From: Fimicolochytrium jonesii
Lineage: Eukaryota
DNA: 64,000 bases
Assembly (NCBI RefSeq): GCF_025526975.1
Contig: NW_026515673.1
Coordinates: 310,001-374,000 of the forward strand
Direction: 5' to 3'
Below, one piece after another: positions 14,340 to 26,383 of this stretch (within the stretch, counting starts at the first letter, position 1; each line of letters begins with the position of its first letter). The notes beneath the pieces were generated by a model, which was not told the DNA's origin, did no database searches, and worked only from the letters and a program-made list of their open reading frames with translations. The translations under genes were made by a program, and so were the position numbers.

Positions 14340-14865
14340 AAACGCGGAGATGATAATAGAACGGTGACACGCGATAACTGACTAAATCAACTGACGCCGG
14401 TGCCAACCCCCGATATGTACATTTTCTGTATGTGCGCATGCGCCGCCCCGCCCGCGCCCCCGACTATACGCTTATACGATGGAACACAAAACTATGTACA
14501 TTCCGGGAAAACACAGAACAAAACTATGACAAGAATGAGGTGGCCAAGCGCTCCCAAGGGGGGTTTGCGACCCCACCTTTTTACTTCAATCCCCCCGTGT
14601 GCGGTGGCGGGTATGGCGTAAACGGGCGAGTATGTAATGGCTACGTGCAAAGTGGGGGGGAGCGGGGGTGTGATAACCCCGGGGTCGGTTGCGGCAGAAC
14701 AGAATACAGAAAGACGTCCAAAAAACGGTTGCGAGGAGCAGTGATAGGAAGTAGGTAGGCAGGGAGACCCAAGAAAAACAGAGCACGCCAGGCGTGGGGG
14801 AGTGTGCTGTCCCATCTAACTGCGCCGCGTATCTGCACTTTTCCACAATCTTAAATCCGGTATCT

Positions 14866-16163
14866 TCATTCAGCAGCCAATGCGGCGACGCTTTCTGCCT
14901 TTTTGATGCTAGTCGGCCGTTCTTCCCCATCACTTCCACGTGCTGCCACCGACCCCGCCGCTTCCATCCCCGTATCGCTCCTCGTCCTCTGCTGCTGCGG
15001 AAGCGGCTGATCGGAAAAGATGCTATCCCAATTCGTAATCAAAAACTCAGCGACCGAGTCCATGCCGGGGAAGATAGAGATGGCGAGGTTTTCGGCCGTC
15101 ATTTTGTTTTCGTCGGCGTGGCGTTGGATGCGGTTGAAGTGACGGGTGATGTAGCGGAGGAGGGAGAAGTGGAAGGGGGTGGGGAGGGTGTGGGTGAGGC
15201 AGATTAGGTATTCTGATGGTGTTAGGCCTGTTTGGGAGAGACATAAATGTGAGTTTCCGTTAGCCAGTCAAATGTCCAGACAGGGCAGGGCGTCTCTGCA
15301 ACATACGTTTGACAGCGTCCTTCAGACGTATCTGCACGTCGCCACCGCCCCATATCCCACCGGGTATAGACGAGATGAACTTTTTGAGGAGAGAGGCGAC
15401 GGTATGTGGCGACTCGTGCGCTGGGAAGATGTAATCGAAGGTTCCAGTGTCGATTTGTTCTTGGTATGCTGCGACGCGCCGGAGGGAGCCTGGGACACGG
15501 TACAGGCCTTCTTTTGTTATTGCTGTTGTGTGGGAGAGAAGGTTAGCACAGTTGAAAGGAATTAAAGGATGACACAAACCGAACGTACATGTGTTTTCCA
15601 GCCATGCCGCGCACGCCCTCACAACCAACGGAACAGCGTGAGCGTACGGATCCCGTTCTCGTCTTGGTATCACGAACTCGGATTGGAGATGCGCCCGCGC
15701 AGTCCGTTCCGATTCCCGCTCCAACACCAAAGGCAGTGGCACTCCAAACACTCGGATGAGTTCTAACGATGCGGATCTCGGCCCGTAGGAGTTTTGTGAT
15801 GGAGGTGCAAGGTGCGTGGGCCTGTTTTCGGGGGTGCTGCCGGTGCTGTTCGAGGTGTCATTATCGAGTGAGCATCTCGGCAAACACCGCCAAACGCAAA
15901 GTAAGACATCATTTATACCTGTCGTCTGCGCTATGTTCACTAACATCCTCCGACGAAACCGCGCCCCCGTTCGTCTTCCCGTCTCGTCTCCCTTTCAACC
16001 TTCCCAACGTCCATTTCGAAATGCCTCCCCACCAATCCCCTGATGGGGACGGTGAACCTTCGATATTGGTCCCGGATCTTGCAACGTTTGACTCAGACTG
16101 AGTATCTCGGTTTGGTGTTTCGTCGCTGTGAGTGATCCATTTCATTTTTTGATTGTCAGTCAT
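14866..16163 (-). CDS. RhoGAP domain protein, multi-exon; start codon uncertain
   Basis: VFGVPL, VPLVVRAC, EGLYRVPGS (arginine finger), HTVASLLKKF and KMTAENLAISIFP motifs. Confidence 0.85.
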
Positions 16164-17107
16164 ACTGCTTCCGGCAGCTGCTTGGAACACAAGAAGACCC
16201 ACCTCCTGCGGAACTTTGTTTCCACAGGTCGGCGTGGAAGCCGAAAGGTGTCGTCTGCGCCTTCTGATCTTAGGCTGATCGACGGGGACGACCGTGGCGG
16301 CCGAGGCAGGGACCGATATGCCCTCGGGCTCGGAGGAGTTTGCGACGACATTAGTTGAAAGAACCTGAAAAGTAGCCCGGCGAGGAAGTCGGAATGCCAA
16401 CCGCCGCTTTACAAGCGGTAATAGGAGGAGAACCTTTTGTTGTTGACAGAGCTTTTGCTGTTGACAGAGGTTTTGACACAAGTGATACACAAATGAAGCA
16501 GAAGAACCGATGATGCACTTGACAACGTAGTAGCGGCTGCCGTTGCGAGCGAAAGTACTCCAAGTCGTCGTCGTCGTTGATTGGCCTGCGAGGTGTTCCG
16601 ACAACGTCCCGAAGTGCCTTGCGGGCGGACCACACTTGGCTCGCTATGAGCAACTGCCGGTGGTGTTGATGAAGAACGCAATCCTGAGGCTATTCCAAGT
16701 ACGTATGTTTAGCAGCGAAAGTGTCTGATTCTGGGCGCAGCTAAACACGGCCTAATCAAAACGGGGGCGATCAACGAGGCCGCTCCGCGGGGCCGATGGC
16801 GAGTGGTTTGTGATCGAGAGAGAGAGCGGCGCGCCTCCTCCCGAGCCTCTCCTCCGGTATCGAACGCCCTCTCCCTTTGCGTCCGCACTTGGTAACTATC
16901 GCAACCTGCACGGTTATCACACACTCGGTGAAAAGCGGATAAAAAGCAGTTGCGCAAAAAATGACAGTGCCCGCTGTGAAGGGCGTCGCTTGTTCTCTTT
17001 TTTTTGAGAACCCTCCGCTGTCGGTCCTTCAGACTCAATCGAGGCTTGGGGCTCGCAAAACACCCTCTTCTCACCAGCGCAAACAGAACCACCGACGTTC
17101 GCCCAAT

Positions 17108-20100
17108 ATGGACGCCGGAACTCTGTATCAACTGTTCTCCGCGACCGTCGTGGCTGACGACGCTGTCCGCAAGCCAGCCGAAGAGCAGCTGAAGAAGGTA
17201 AGGCTTCGAAGGCTGCGGTAATTTGATCTTACCCTCAAAACACCCGTCCTCAATACTCCTAAACTTGCTAGGTCGAAATAGCTCCTGGGTTCTTGCCGGC
17301 CGTACTGCAAATCCTTGGGTCGTCCGAGGCCAACGAATCCGTTCGACAAGCTGGTAAGCCTGACGAGCAACTACAGGTGGGCGGTACGTTACTGACATTC
17401 CGCACTCTCTCCCAGCGGCCGTCTTTTTCAAGAACAGGTGTCAACGAGGATGGGATCCAAGTGGAAAGCTGGCGTTGGGAGAGGAAGACAAGGTGTCGAT
17501 TCGCCAAAACATTCTCCCTGCGATCGTCCACTTGCCGCACAGGCTCCGAGTGCAATTGGTCGCTTGTCTGGGCTCCATGCTTCAACATGACAACAAGGCG
17601 AACAGGTGGCCGGAATACCTGACACAGGCCATGACGCTGGTCAAATCGTCGGACGAGGGAGCAGTGTCCGCCGGTGTCGCTGCTGTCTTTGAGTTTGTAA
17701 AGTCCTATCAATGGGGCGACGAAGAGAAGCGCGCGCCCATTCAGCCTATTATCCAGGAGGGGCTCCCCATCCTGTACACGGTTGCGACGCACCTTATCAC
17801 TCTGAACACCGAGGCAGCTGGATTCAACCTGAAGACGATCCTGAGAATCTACATGTCGACCATCCGCCTCAACTTGTCGCCAACACAGCAAAGCTCCGCC
17901 TCCCTTGTTCCCTGGGGCACCCTGTTCGTTCAATTGGTTCAGAAGCCCATCACCGCGGACTTTCCAGGAATGCCTGAGGACGAGAGCGAGCGGGAGCGTC
18001 ACCCTTGGTGGAAAGCCAAGAAGTGGGCATACCACATCCTCAACCTACTGTTCGAGAGGTTAGATTTCGAATTGTTTAGTTTCGGGGTTTCTGTCGATTG
18101 TTGACCCCGAATGCATTCCAACAGATACGCTAGGAAACCCGAAAAGAAATACCAGCAGTTCTCAGCCGTGTTTATGGAGCATTTCGCCCCAAACATCTTG
18201 ACGGCGTACCTCCACCAAATCGAGCTCCTTATTGGAGGTGTCTGGCTTTCGCCCAGAGTGAAGCAGTTGATCGCAAACTTTCTGCAGAGCAGGTTGGTTG
18301 AGTGTGTTGAGCTCCATGCCCTGGTCAGTAACGTCTCTAAAACGTGACATTTTACCTACAGCATAAAGCCCAGGAGCACGTGGGCTATCCTCAAGCCCCA
18401 CCTCGAAACCATCATCATGCACTTCATTTTCCCCTTGTTATCATTCAGCGACGAAGATCAGGAGCTGTGGGAGGATGATCCGGTCGAGTACTTGCAGAAG
18501 AAGGTGGACAACCCCATGGACGATTTCCGCAGCCCTGTCTCTGCCGCGGAAGCCCTCCTCTTCGAAGTCACAAAACTCAGGAACCAGCAAACGTTCGTTC
18601 CCACCGTTACCTTGATCAACGGGATTATCCAGCGGTACAATGAGAGCCCCGTTGAGACGAGAAACCCCCGCCACAAAGACGGCGCATTGCACATGATGGC
18701 TTGCCTCGCCCCGTTGGCTCTGAGCCCAAAATCGCCCATCAAAGATCACATCGAGACCTTCTTGGTGCACAATGTGATTCCGGAGCTGAAGAGCCCGTAC
18801 GGGTTCCTCCGTGCGCGAGCATGCAACACACTGCTGACGTACGAAGACGTGGACTTTGAAAACGTGGAACACCAGCAACTGGCCTTCCGCGGCGTCCTCG
18901 ACTGTCTCCGAGACTCGGAGCTTCCCGTCCGTGTCAGCGGTGCATTGGCGCTCCGACCTTACCTCCGCGTCCCCACCATCCACGAAGCCATGAAGCCCCA
19001 CGTGCAGGACATCATCCAAGCAATGATGTCCCTCAACAACGAGGTGGACATGGAGAGCCTGACCGAAGTCCTCGAGAGCCTGGTCGGCGACTTTTCCTCC
19101 GAATTGACGCCCTTCGCCGTCCAGCTCGCATCGCAGTTGAGCGAGACGTTCCTCAGGATGTTGGCGGAGGCCCGGGAAGTTGCCGACGAGGGCGATTCCT
19201 ATGATATGGCTGAGGCGTTTGATGAGAAGACGGCTGCTGCGCAGGGTGTGATGCGCACGCTGTGCACTTTGGTGCTTGCAATGGAGGCGTCGCAGCAGAT
19301 TTTGAGCGAGTTGGAGGTTATCATTGCGCCGTCGTTGTCGTTTGTGCTGAGTAATCACCTTGCTGGTATGTCCGGAAATGCTGGCTGTCGAACTTGGGAT
19401 TCAATCTAACTTTATGGCTTTCGCAGACTTATATCAAGAAGTATTCGAAGTAATCGAAACCCTCACCTATTGCGCCAAAAAGATTTCCCCAACAATGTGG
19501 CAAATCTGGACTGTCCTCTATGGTGCCTACAAAGCCGACGCGTCCGACTACCTCGAGGAGATGGCCAACACCCTCGAGAACTACATTGCGTTCGGGTCCG
19601 AGGTGTTTGCAACCAGCCAGGAGCTCCAGGCGCAGATATTTGAGATTATCCACAACACTTTGGGTGCGAATGATTTGAATTACTCGAATACGACTAGGGC
19701 GAGGGCTTGTGATTTGATTGAGCTGCTGTTGTTGCATTTGCCTGGTCACGTTGATGCGGTAGGTGTCATGCTCCAATCAGGCGACGCAGAAGGCGATGCT
19801 TACTCCTCCGCTCTCCTTAAACCAGATGGTACCTCAATTCATCGACCTCATCCTTCCCTACCTCGCCCCCAACAAAGCCAAAAAAGCGCCTTACCGAGTC
19901 CGCTGCCTCGAAGTCATCATCAACGCGCTCTACTACAACCCCGGCGCGACACTCGAGCTGCTCGAGCAGCGCAACGCCACCACCGCCTTTTTCATGAAGT
20001 GGTTCACGGACCTCCCTGAGTTCCGCCGTGTGCATGATAAGAAGCTGTGCGTATTGGCGCTTTCGGCGGTGTTGGAGCTGCCTGTGCAGCAGTTGCCGGC

Positions 20101-20777
20101 GTCGTTGCAGGGGCAGGCGTGGACGGAGATGTTGAATGGTGTTTTCAAGGTTTTTGAGACTTTGCCTGTTGCGTTGAAAGGTATGGGATGCGAGTCTTGG
20201 TCGATTACCCGGCCCCCTTCCACGCAAGGTGTCTCATCATCTAACCATGTTGCTCCCGCATGTAGCTCGCGAAGACGAAAAGGCCCTATACGAAGACGGC
20301 CTCGACTCAGAAGACGAAGACGACGAGCTCGCCAGCGACGACGAGGACGAAGACCCTCTCTTCCGCCACACCGCCGACGACGCCGACGCCTTCGACGAGG
20401 ACGACGAGTACCTCGACCTCCTCGACCAAAAGAACGCCGAAAAGAACCCAGACTACACCCCCAGCGCGACCGACACGCATCTCGCAGGGCAACCTTACGT
20501 CGGCGACGGTGCGGACGACGACGACGAGGATGAGGATGAATGGGATTTGGATGATCTGGACGAGGATATATTCCTAGAGACCCCGCTGGATAAGATTGAC
20601 GCGTATGTGGCGTTTGAGGGCACGATGCAGCGGTTGGCGAATCGGGCGGATACGGCCGCGTTGTTGCAGCAGGGCGTGGCGGGGGCGCAGGGACTGGTGC
20701 AGGATATCGTGACCCGGGCTGCGGATTTTAGGACGAAGGAGGCGGAGAAGGCTGCCGCGGAGTTGCAGAAGCAATAG
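17108..20777 (+). CDS. Importin-7/8 family karyopherin (NMD5/SXM1-like), multi-exon
   Basis: VRKPAEEQLK, VRQA-AVFFKN, ERERHPWWKAKKWAYHILN, DQELWEDDPVEY, LRARAC, FRRVHDKKL motifs and an acidic C-terminal loop. Confidence 0.92.
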
Positions 20778-21094
20778 AGGGGGATGCGTGGGGCTGTCTA
20801 TGTACATGTATACTGAGGGCGAAAGTATGCAGTGTTCGGCGTCGGGGTTCCGAACTTCTTTTATCTATTTTATCCCCCCATCCTTCCCTTCCCCCACATA
20901 TATATAGATCATTTTTTGTGTACCTCATCTGATTTTCATCCATTGGTATAGGTCATCATTTGTAGAATAGGAATTCCATCTCCCATTCTGAGATCCGCGA
21001 GTAGGCAAAGCACATGTTGTTATGGAATGTTGTTTGTGAGATTGATGAGTGCAAGGATGATGCATATCTATTCTCGGCGGCCACGAGACCGACG

Positions 21095-22163
21095 CTATGC
21101 CAGCAAAGCCCTCCTCCTCGTCGCCACATTAATCGTCGCCCCCAACGACTTTATCCCAAACACCATCACGTAAACAATCGCGACCAGATAATCCACCGCC
21201 GGGAACCGTCCATACACCGCAAAGCCGACCGCAACAAGCGTTTCCAACCCATGCAAAATCACAATCCCCATCGCCGCTCTTTCAAACAGCACGGCCCCGC
21301 CGAGTTCCTGCCGGATGTTCTCGAGCGAGGCGGGGATCTCGTCCACGAAGGCGCCGATGAAGAGGAGCGTCCAGCCAACGACCATGATGGCGACCGCGTA
21401 GGGCGCGACGCCGGGTGAGGTGAGGCGGGGGTCGGTGTTGGCGCGGGGGGGTTTGTAGGTCTTGTCTGCTTTCTGGTGGGGGGACGAAGAGAGGGATGCG
21501 GTGAGCAACCATCAAAAAGCAACCGTCATCCATCAAGCGAAGCGAAACGAGGGGGAACCCGAAGAGCGATGGATTAACGATGCCCTGCTCGCTCCGCTCG
21601 CGACGAGGATATTGGGGGGCGATGCAGGAGCGTAGCTCGCTTCGCTCGCTAGAAGATCTGGGGCTCGCTGAGGCTCGCTAAGAACCGAGGTTAGGGGAAG
21701 CATTCTGCAATGTGGCTCGCCTAGAGCTCGCCTGCCTCAAGCATCCCTGCTCCTCGCTTCGCTCGGCGCAATTCGTATTCGGTCCAGGTCGCAGGCTCCC
21801 TTGCGAGAATCAAGCGCTCGCGTCTCGCATGGCTCGCTCACATACCATCCCCATTGCATCCTTAGCCTCCTTCCCCAACGCGTCGATCTTCCTCTTCGCA
21901 CTCTCCACATCCCTCACAGGCCCATCAAACTGGATCCTAATCTCCTTCTGGGCCAACTGCCCCTCCATATTCTTGTCGACATACTGCAGCGTCAAGCCTG
22001 CAGAATCGACCTCGGTGACGGTTGCGCGTGCGGCGAGGCGCGAGTTGGCAAAGTATTGCGCGAAGAGGACAAGGGTGTCGGGTTGGGAGTTGATGTGTTG
22101 CAGGAGGGTGGATTCGTGCGGGGAGAGAGGGTCGGTGGTGGTTTTGCGGTTGCGCAGGGACAT
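21095..22163 (-). CDS. DUF2470-domain protein with C-terminal transmembrane region; 2 exons, 373-nt intron 21473-21845
   Basis: LLQHIN..DTLVLFAQYF..ATVTEVDSAGLTL..IRIQFDGP..EAKDAMG, followed by a hydrophobic exon with LHGLE. Confidence 0.7.
21473..21845. repeat. Enlarged intron containing a GCTCGCTTCGCTCG-rich repeat element
   Basis: Block 21567-21616 is 46/50 identical to 25301-25350, with many GCTCGC motifs. Confidence 0.7.
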
Positions 22164-22371
22164 GTTTGGGATGGGATGAGGGTGGGATCGGGAAAGTTTG
22201 GAGTGGTCTGCTGGGGAAGACGGGATAGTCAGACGAGCAACACAGGTAAAGCGACCGGGTGCTAGGCCTCCGTCGGTGGACTATCTTCCCCTCGCCTATG
22301 AGGGTTTGCTCTATGGTCGATAGAAGCACTTACCGAGCTGCAGTGGGCCGGGAGCTTGCGCCTTTTTTCCT

Positions 22372-22398
22372 AGAGAGAGAGTGAGAGAGAGAGAGAGA
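22372..22398. repeat. (GA)n microsatellite in a divergent promoter
   Basis: agagagagagtgagagagagagagaga. Confidence 0.8.
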
Positions 22399-22723
22399 GG
22401 GGTGGAAAGCAACGGGGACTTAACAGCGCGTTAGGAACAAGCGTTAGTAACAGGCGTGCAAGCCACAAAAACAACAAGAGCGTCGCCTTTCTTCCTCCTG
22501 CCTTCTTCGCCTTCTCGTCCACATTTCGACGGCTTTTTTTCTCGATTTCTCACGGCTCAACCCGAATCAGTGCAATCTCTTTGGAAAAACGGCAAACGCT
22601 GTCTCCTACCTATACTTGCTGAGCTCTGGTATCCTCCAAGTCATAGTGGTCATCATCACACTTAGCCCAGCCCCTTGTATCCCCATTTTCTACCGTTTGC
22701 ACTCCCGTCACCTTTTTCACAAA

Positions 22724-23362
22724 ATGACAACCCCACCACCAACCCCGCTCCCGCTCCCCGCCCGCCTCACCCTCTTCACGACCGCCGTCCGCCTCGTCTT
22801 CGACCGCTGGACCGCCCTGCAACTCGCCCTCGACCACCAAATGGCCGGCACATCCACGCCGCAACGAGCCACCGAGCTCCTCGAACACACGCTCGATTTC
22901 TTCACGCAGTACAAGTCCGACGTGGAGGCGCACGAGATCGCCGAGAACCTGAAGGCGTTCTTCAACGAGATCTTCAACGCGGAGTTGGATGATGGGAGTC
23001 CCGAGCAGATTGGTCGGACGCTGGTGAGGTGTTGGAGGGAGGTGGTGGAGGAGGGTGACGCGACGGGCGTGGAGGAGATGAGGCGGAAGGCGGAGCAGGC
23101 GAGGACGAGGAATGCGGGGAGGCAGAGTCAGAGTCAGAGGCATCCCAGTAACGAGGACAGTAGTAGTAGTGACGAGGAGAGTGATGGGGACGCGGAGGTT
23201 GTGGCCGAGGCGGGGGCCACGGGATCGATAAATAGAGATGATGGAGGTGCGGCACCGATGGAGGTTGATGAGGAACCCGCTGCGAGGAGACCGGAGCCGG
23301 TGGTGGATGAGGATGGGTTTGAGTTGGTGCAGAATACGAGGAAGGGGAGGAGACGGAATTGA
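22724..23362 (+). CDS. TSR2: Pre-rRNA-processing protein TSR2
   Basis: VFDRWTALQLALDH, FNAELDDGSPEQIG and C-terminal VVDEDGFELVQ..RRRN motifs. Confidence 0.92.
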   Translation: MTTPPPTPLPLPARLTLFTTAVRLVFDRWTALQLALDHQMAGTSTPQRATELLEHTLDFFTQYKSDVEAHEIAENLKAFFNEIFNAELDDGSPEQIGRTLVRCWREVVEEGDATGVEEMRRKAEQARTRNAGRQSQSQRHPSNEDSSSSDEESDGDAEVVAEAGATGSINRDDGGAAPMEVDEEPAARRPEPVVDEDGFELVQNTRKGRRRN

Positions 23363-23536
23363 GCTCACACTGGGAGGTTATCATCATCAGCATCATTTTC
23401 ATATATATTGTACGTAGGTATTCTACATATCGCATACCGAGTGAACCATCAGACAACTCACAATCCCCTTCTATATAAACACCTACAGATTTACGTTCAA
23501 TTCATCACAAATCATCACCTCTGTGCCTCACGTCTA

Positions 23537-25820
23537 TCACACCCCCAAAGCCTCCATCCCACTCCCCAAAGTCGCAACCGCCGGTTTCACCCCCGCCACA
23601 CTCAACCTCGCCACCTTCTCCGTCCTTACCGTCTCCCTCAACGCAACCACATACTCCTTCAGCGACACGGACCGGTGCGTGGGTGTCGCGGAGAGGTGGA
23701 AGGCGTGCGCGAGGAAAGGGAGCTTGCGGAGGGTTCGACCGCTGAAGCCCTGTGATTGCACAATTTGTCCCGTTCATTTCAGCTCCATATCTGGTACTTC
23801 GAGCACAAGCGATTTTGTCTATTACCTCGCATTGACCAGCCAAGTCCCAGAGCATCAACGACACCTCCCTCTCCTCCGGCTTATCCATCACGGTTACTTG
23901 ACTCGACGCCCATATCTGGATCTCCCTAAAATCAACCAGCGGCGTGTCCTGTAGATAGTATTAGGATCATGTAACACCGTTCGTTGGGCAAGACGGGGGG
24001 TTAGACGTACGGGATCCGCAATCAACCCCTTTTTGACCAGCTCGTTGAGGCATGTTGCGAGGATAGCGTAGCGTGCGCGTTGGGAGGGTGGGCCGATGTA
24101 TTGTTTGATGTCGGCGCGGTCTATGAATGCCACGTCTGTTGTGGTAGAAATCCCACATTTACGTAGTGATGTCAGTTTGCTTCTGGGCTTGAGTGAGTGC
24201 GTCGGTGCTCGAGGAGATGGACGGGTACCTACCTATCGCTTCCGTGATATTCGACGTAGTCATAATCAACACCTATCCCACAAGAAAAAGGTCAAATCAA
24301 AAGTCCGCGCCTCATGCTCCCCCTCAAACCCCCGCCTTACATTACTCCTCCTCCTCAACTGATCCAACTGCGTCAACAGGGCATTAACAACCCTAATCGC
24401 ATCGCTGGGCTCCATCCCCGACAACGCCGCTTTACGCGCCGCGGATAACGACTCGACCTCGTCGATGAGCACGACGACGAACACGTCCTGGTCGTTGAGG
24501 ATTTGGTGGATTTGTTGAAACATGCGCATGACGAGTTTGCCGGATTCTGAGAAGAATTTGGAGAATAGGCTGGGGGTGGGGTGGGGGGGGGGGGGGGGGG
24601 TGTTAGTTTTCTCGCAGGCGATGGGCGCGGGTGTCGTTGGGGATGGGGTCGGACGACATACCTGTGGGAGTTGATCTCGACGAGTTTCCCATATGAGTAG
24701 CGATCAGCCAACCTGATGGCCAGTTTCTATCAAGTCAAGTAGAAACGCTGCATGAGTGAAGTGAATCTCGTCTCTGCCGCCCTCCTCATTGAAACATTCT
24801 CACCTGTGCCAAAGCTCTACACAAAGATGTCTTCCCAGTTCCAGGCGGCCCGTGCAGCAGCGCCACCCGGTTGACACTGATGATGTTCGGATCTACTAAT
24901 CGGTCGCCGAACAGCATGCTCGTGTAGACGTAGTCGAGGAGTTTCAGTTGGAGGTTGTTGTCGTATATCAGACTGTCCGATCGTAAATGACGGTTTGCAC
25001 GAGGGATTGGCGATGAGAGTTCATGCAGATATGGATGCTGTCATCACCCTTACCTATCCCAAACGCCCAACAGTCCGCGCGCCGGCAACACCCAGTGGTT
25101 GGCAGCAATCACATTATCGTCCTCCGAATCGCCGCTCGTCTGGTCGACTCCTTCCTCTTCATTCAACTGGAACACGTGGATGCATAGTACTGTGTCTGAG
25201 AGCGTATACACCTCCGCAGCGTCGTTTGCTCCTACAAATGATTGACGAACATGTCATGGTTGATGGGTGGACCCACGACACCCGATGGTTGAATGATACC
25301 CGATGGATGACCGATACCCTGCTCGCTCCGCTCGCGACGAGGATGTTGGGATGGTGTGTGATCCGCAATCCTGGGCCGGAGGCCCAGTAGGCTCGGCCTC
25401 GCTTCGCTCGGCTTCGCCGTTGCACGCGTTCTCCTTGCTCCGCTCGGAAGCCTCAAGCAACCGCTCGCTTGCGCACGCGCCCCTCAAGCACTCTCCTCGC
25501 AATCCCTCCGCTCGGCATCCCCTACCTCTAACCTCACAAACCCTAATAAACTCGACATTCTCCCTCAAAAACGGCACATCAGCAAAATCCTCCTGTGCAA
25601 GTTTGGTGTGTAAGACGACCGAAGGGTGAGTGTCCCTGAGGAAGCTTTCAATGTGCTTGCGAGTATGGTCGTAGCGAGCAGTTGCTGTTGGGAGGAGACA
25701 TGCTTCGACTGGGGGTGTAACGAGGGCGGAAGGGAGGTTAGAGAGGGTATGCGAAGGAGAAGGCTCAGCAGTTCGCAGGATACCGTGGAGGACATGAGGA
25801 GGTGGGTCTGCGGCGAGCAT
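23537..25820 (-). CDS. PCH2: Pachytene checkpoint AAA+ ATPase PCH2/TRIP13, multi-exon
   Basis: [100 protein letters not shown] and [14 protein letters not shown] motifs. Confidence 0.95.
25232..25525. repeat. Enlarged PCH2 intron (294 nt) with the same GCTCGC-rich repeat and short tandem ACCCGATGG units
   Basis: Shares a 50-bp block with 21567-21616. Tandem ~18-bp units occur at about 25278-25320. Confidence 0.7.
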
Positions 25821-26383
25821 TCTTGCGAGCAGTGCCGGGTGAGCTGCGGCGGCGGGGATAAGATACAGCACTGTACGGTGTCTCTGCCAAAGGAGGTGGA
25901 TGTCCACGCGAGGAGGTCGTTTGGGGCGAACTGAAAAAAAGGGCGGTGGGAAAGCGGGGGGCGAACAGTGGGAATGGCATGCCATGGATGGAGTGCGCAG
26001 TTCATCTCGCGTGTCGGACACTCACAGCGCAGTCGGAGTCTTTCGGACGCGCGCCGATCCGTCTGTCCTTGACTCCTGCGCTCCCGATGGCGTCCGATCT
26101 TATTGCCCCCCCGCAAGCCACGAGAAGCCACGCCCACGCGTGAGGTCATGGGCAATCCGGCCGGCGGTGGACAAACCCTTTCTTCGTTCGACCGGTGGAT
26201 TTTCCGCTACTGCAGCAATAAGAACCCTCTCAGACGTAGCACCGCCTGCACAATCGATGAAATGTCCAAGCTTTCGTCGTACAGTATCTACCACTTTCAC
26301 TGCCGGCGATAACTGCTGCGAAAAACAGAAACAACAGCTCATAAGTATTGCCCCGACGTCCCTGCTCCATACCGTCTTTCGCT

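Noticed and set aside
14340..14820. Possible inverted-repeat element between NAE1 and RhoGAP
   Set aside because: C-rich and G-rich halves are present, but no convincing TIR or TSD could be aligned.
16425..16480. 18-bp tandem repeat TTTTG(T/C)TGTTGACAGAG
   Set aside because: Two to three copies, consistent with ordinary slippage; no function can be supported.
18441..19358. Long antisense ORFs (also 26848-27570, 39728-40810, 60245-61006, 63114-63551)
   Set aside because: They are shadows of GC-rich or low-complexity sense-strand exons.
24572..24600. Poly-G / G-quadruplex tract
   Set aside because: It is simply a C-rich stretch of a PCH2 intron on the sense strand, and similar tracts occur elsewhere.
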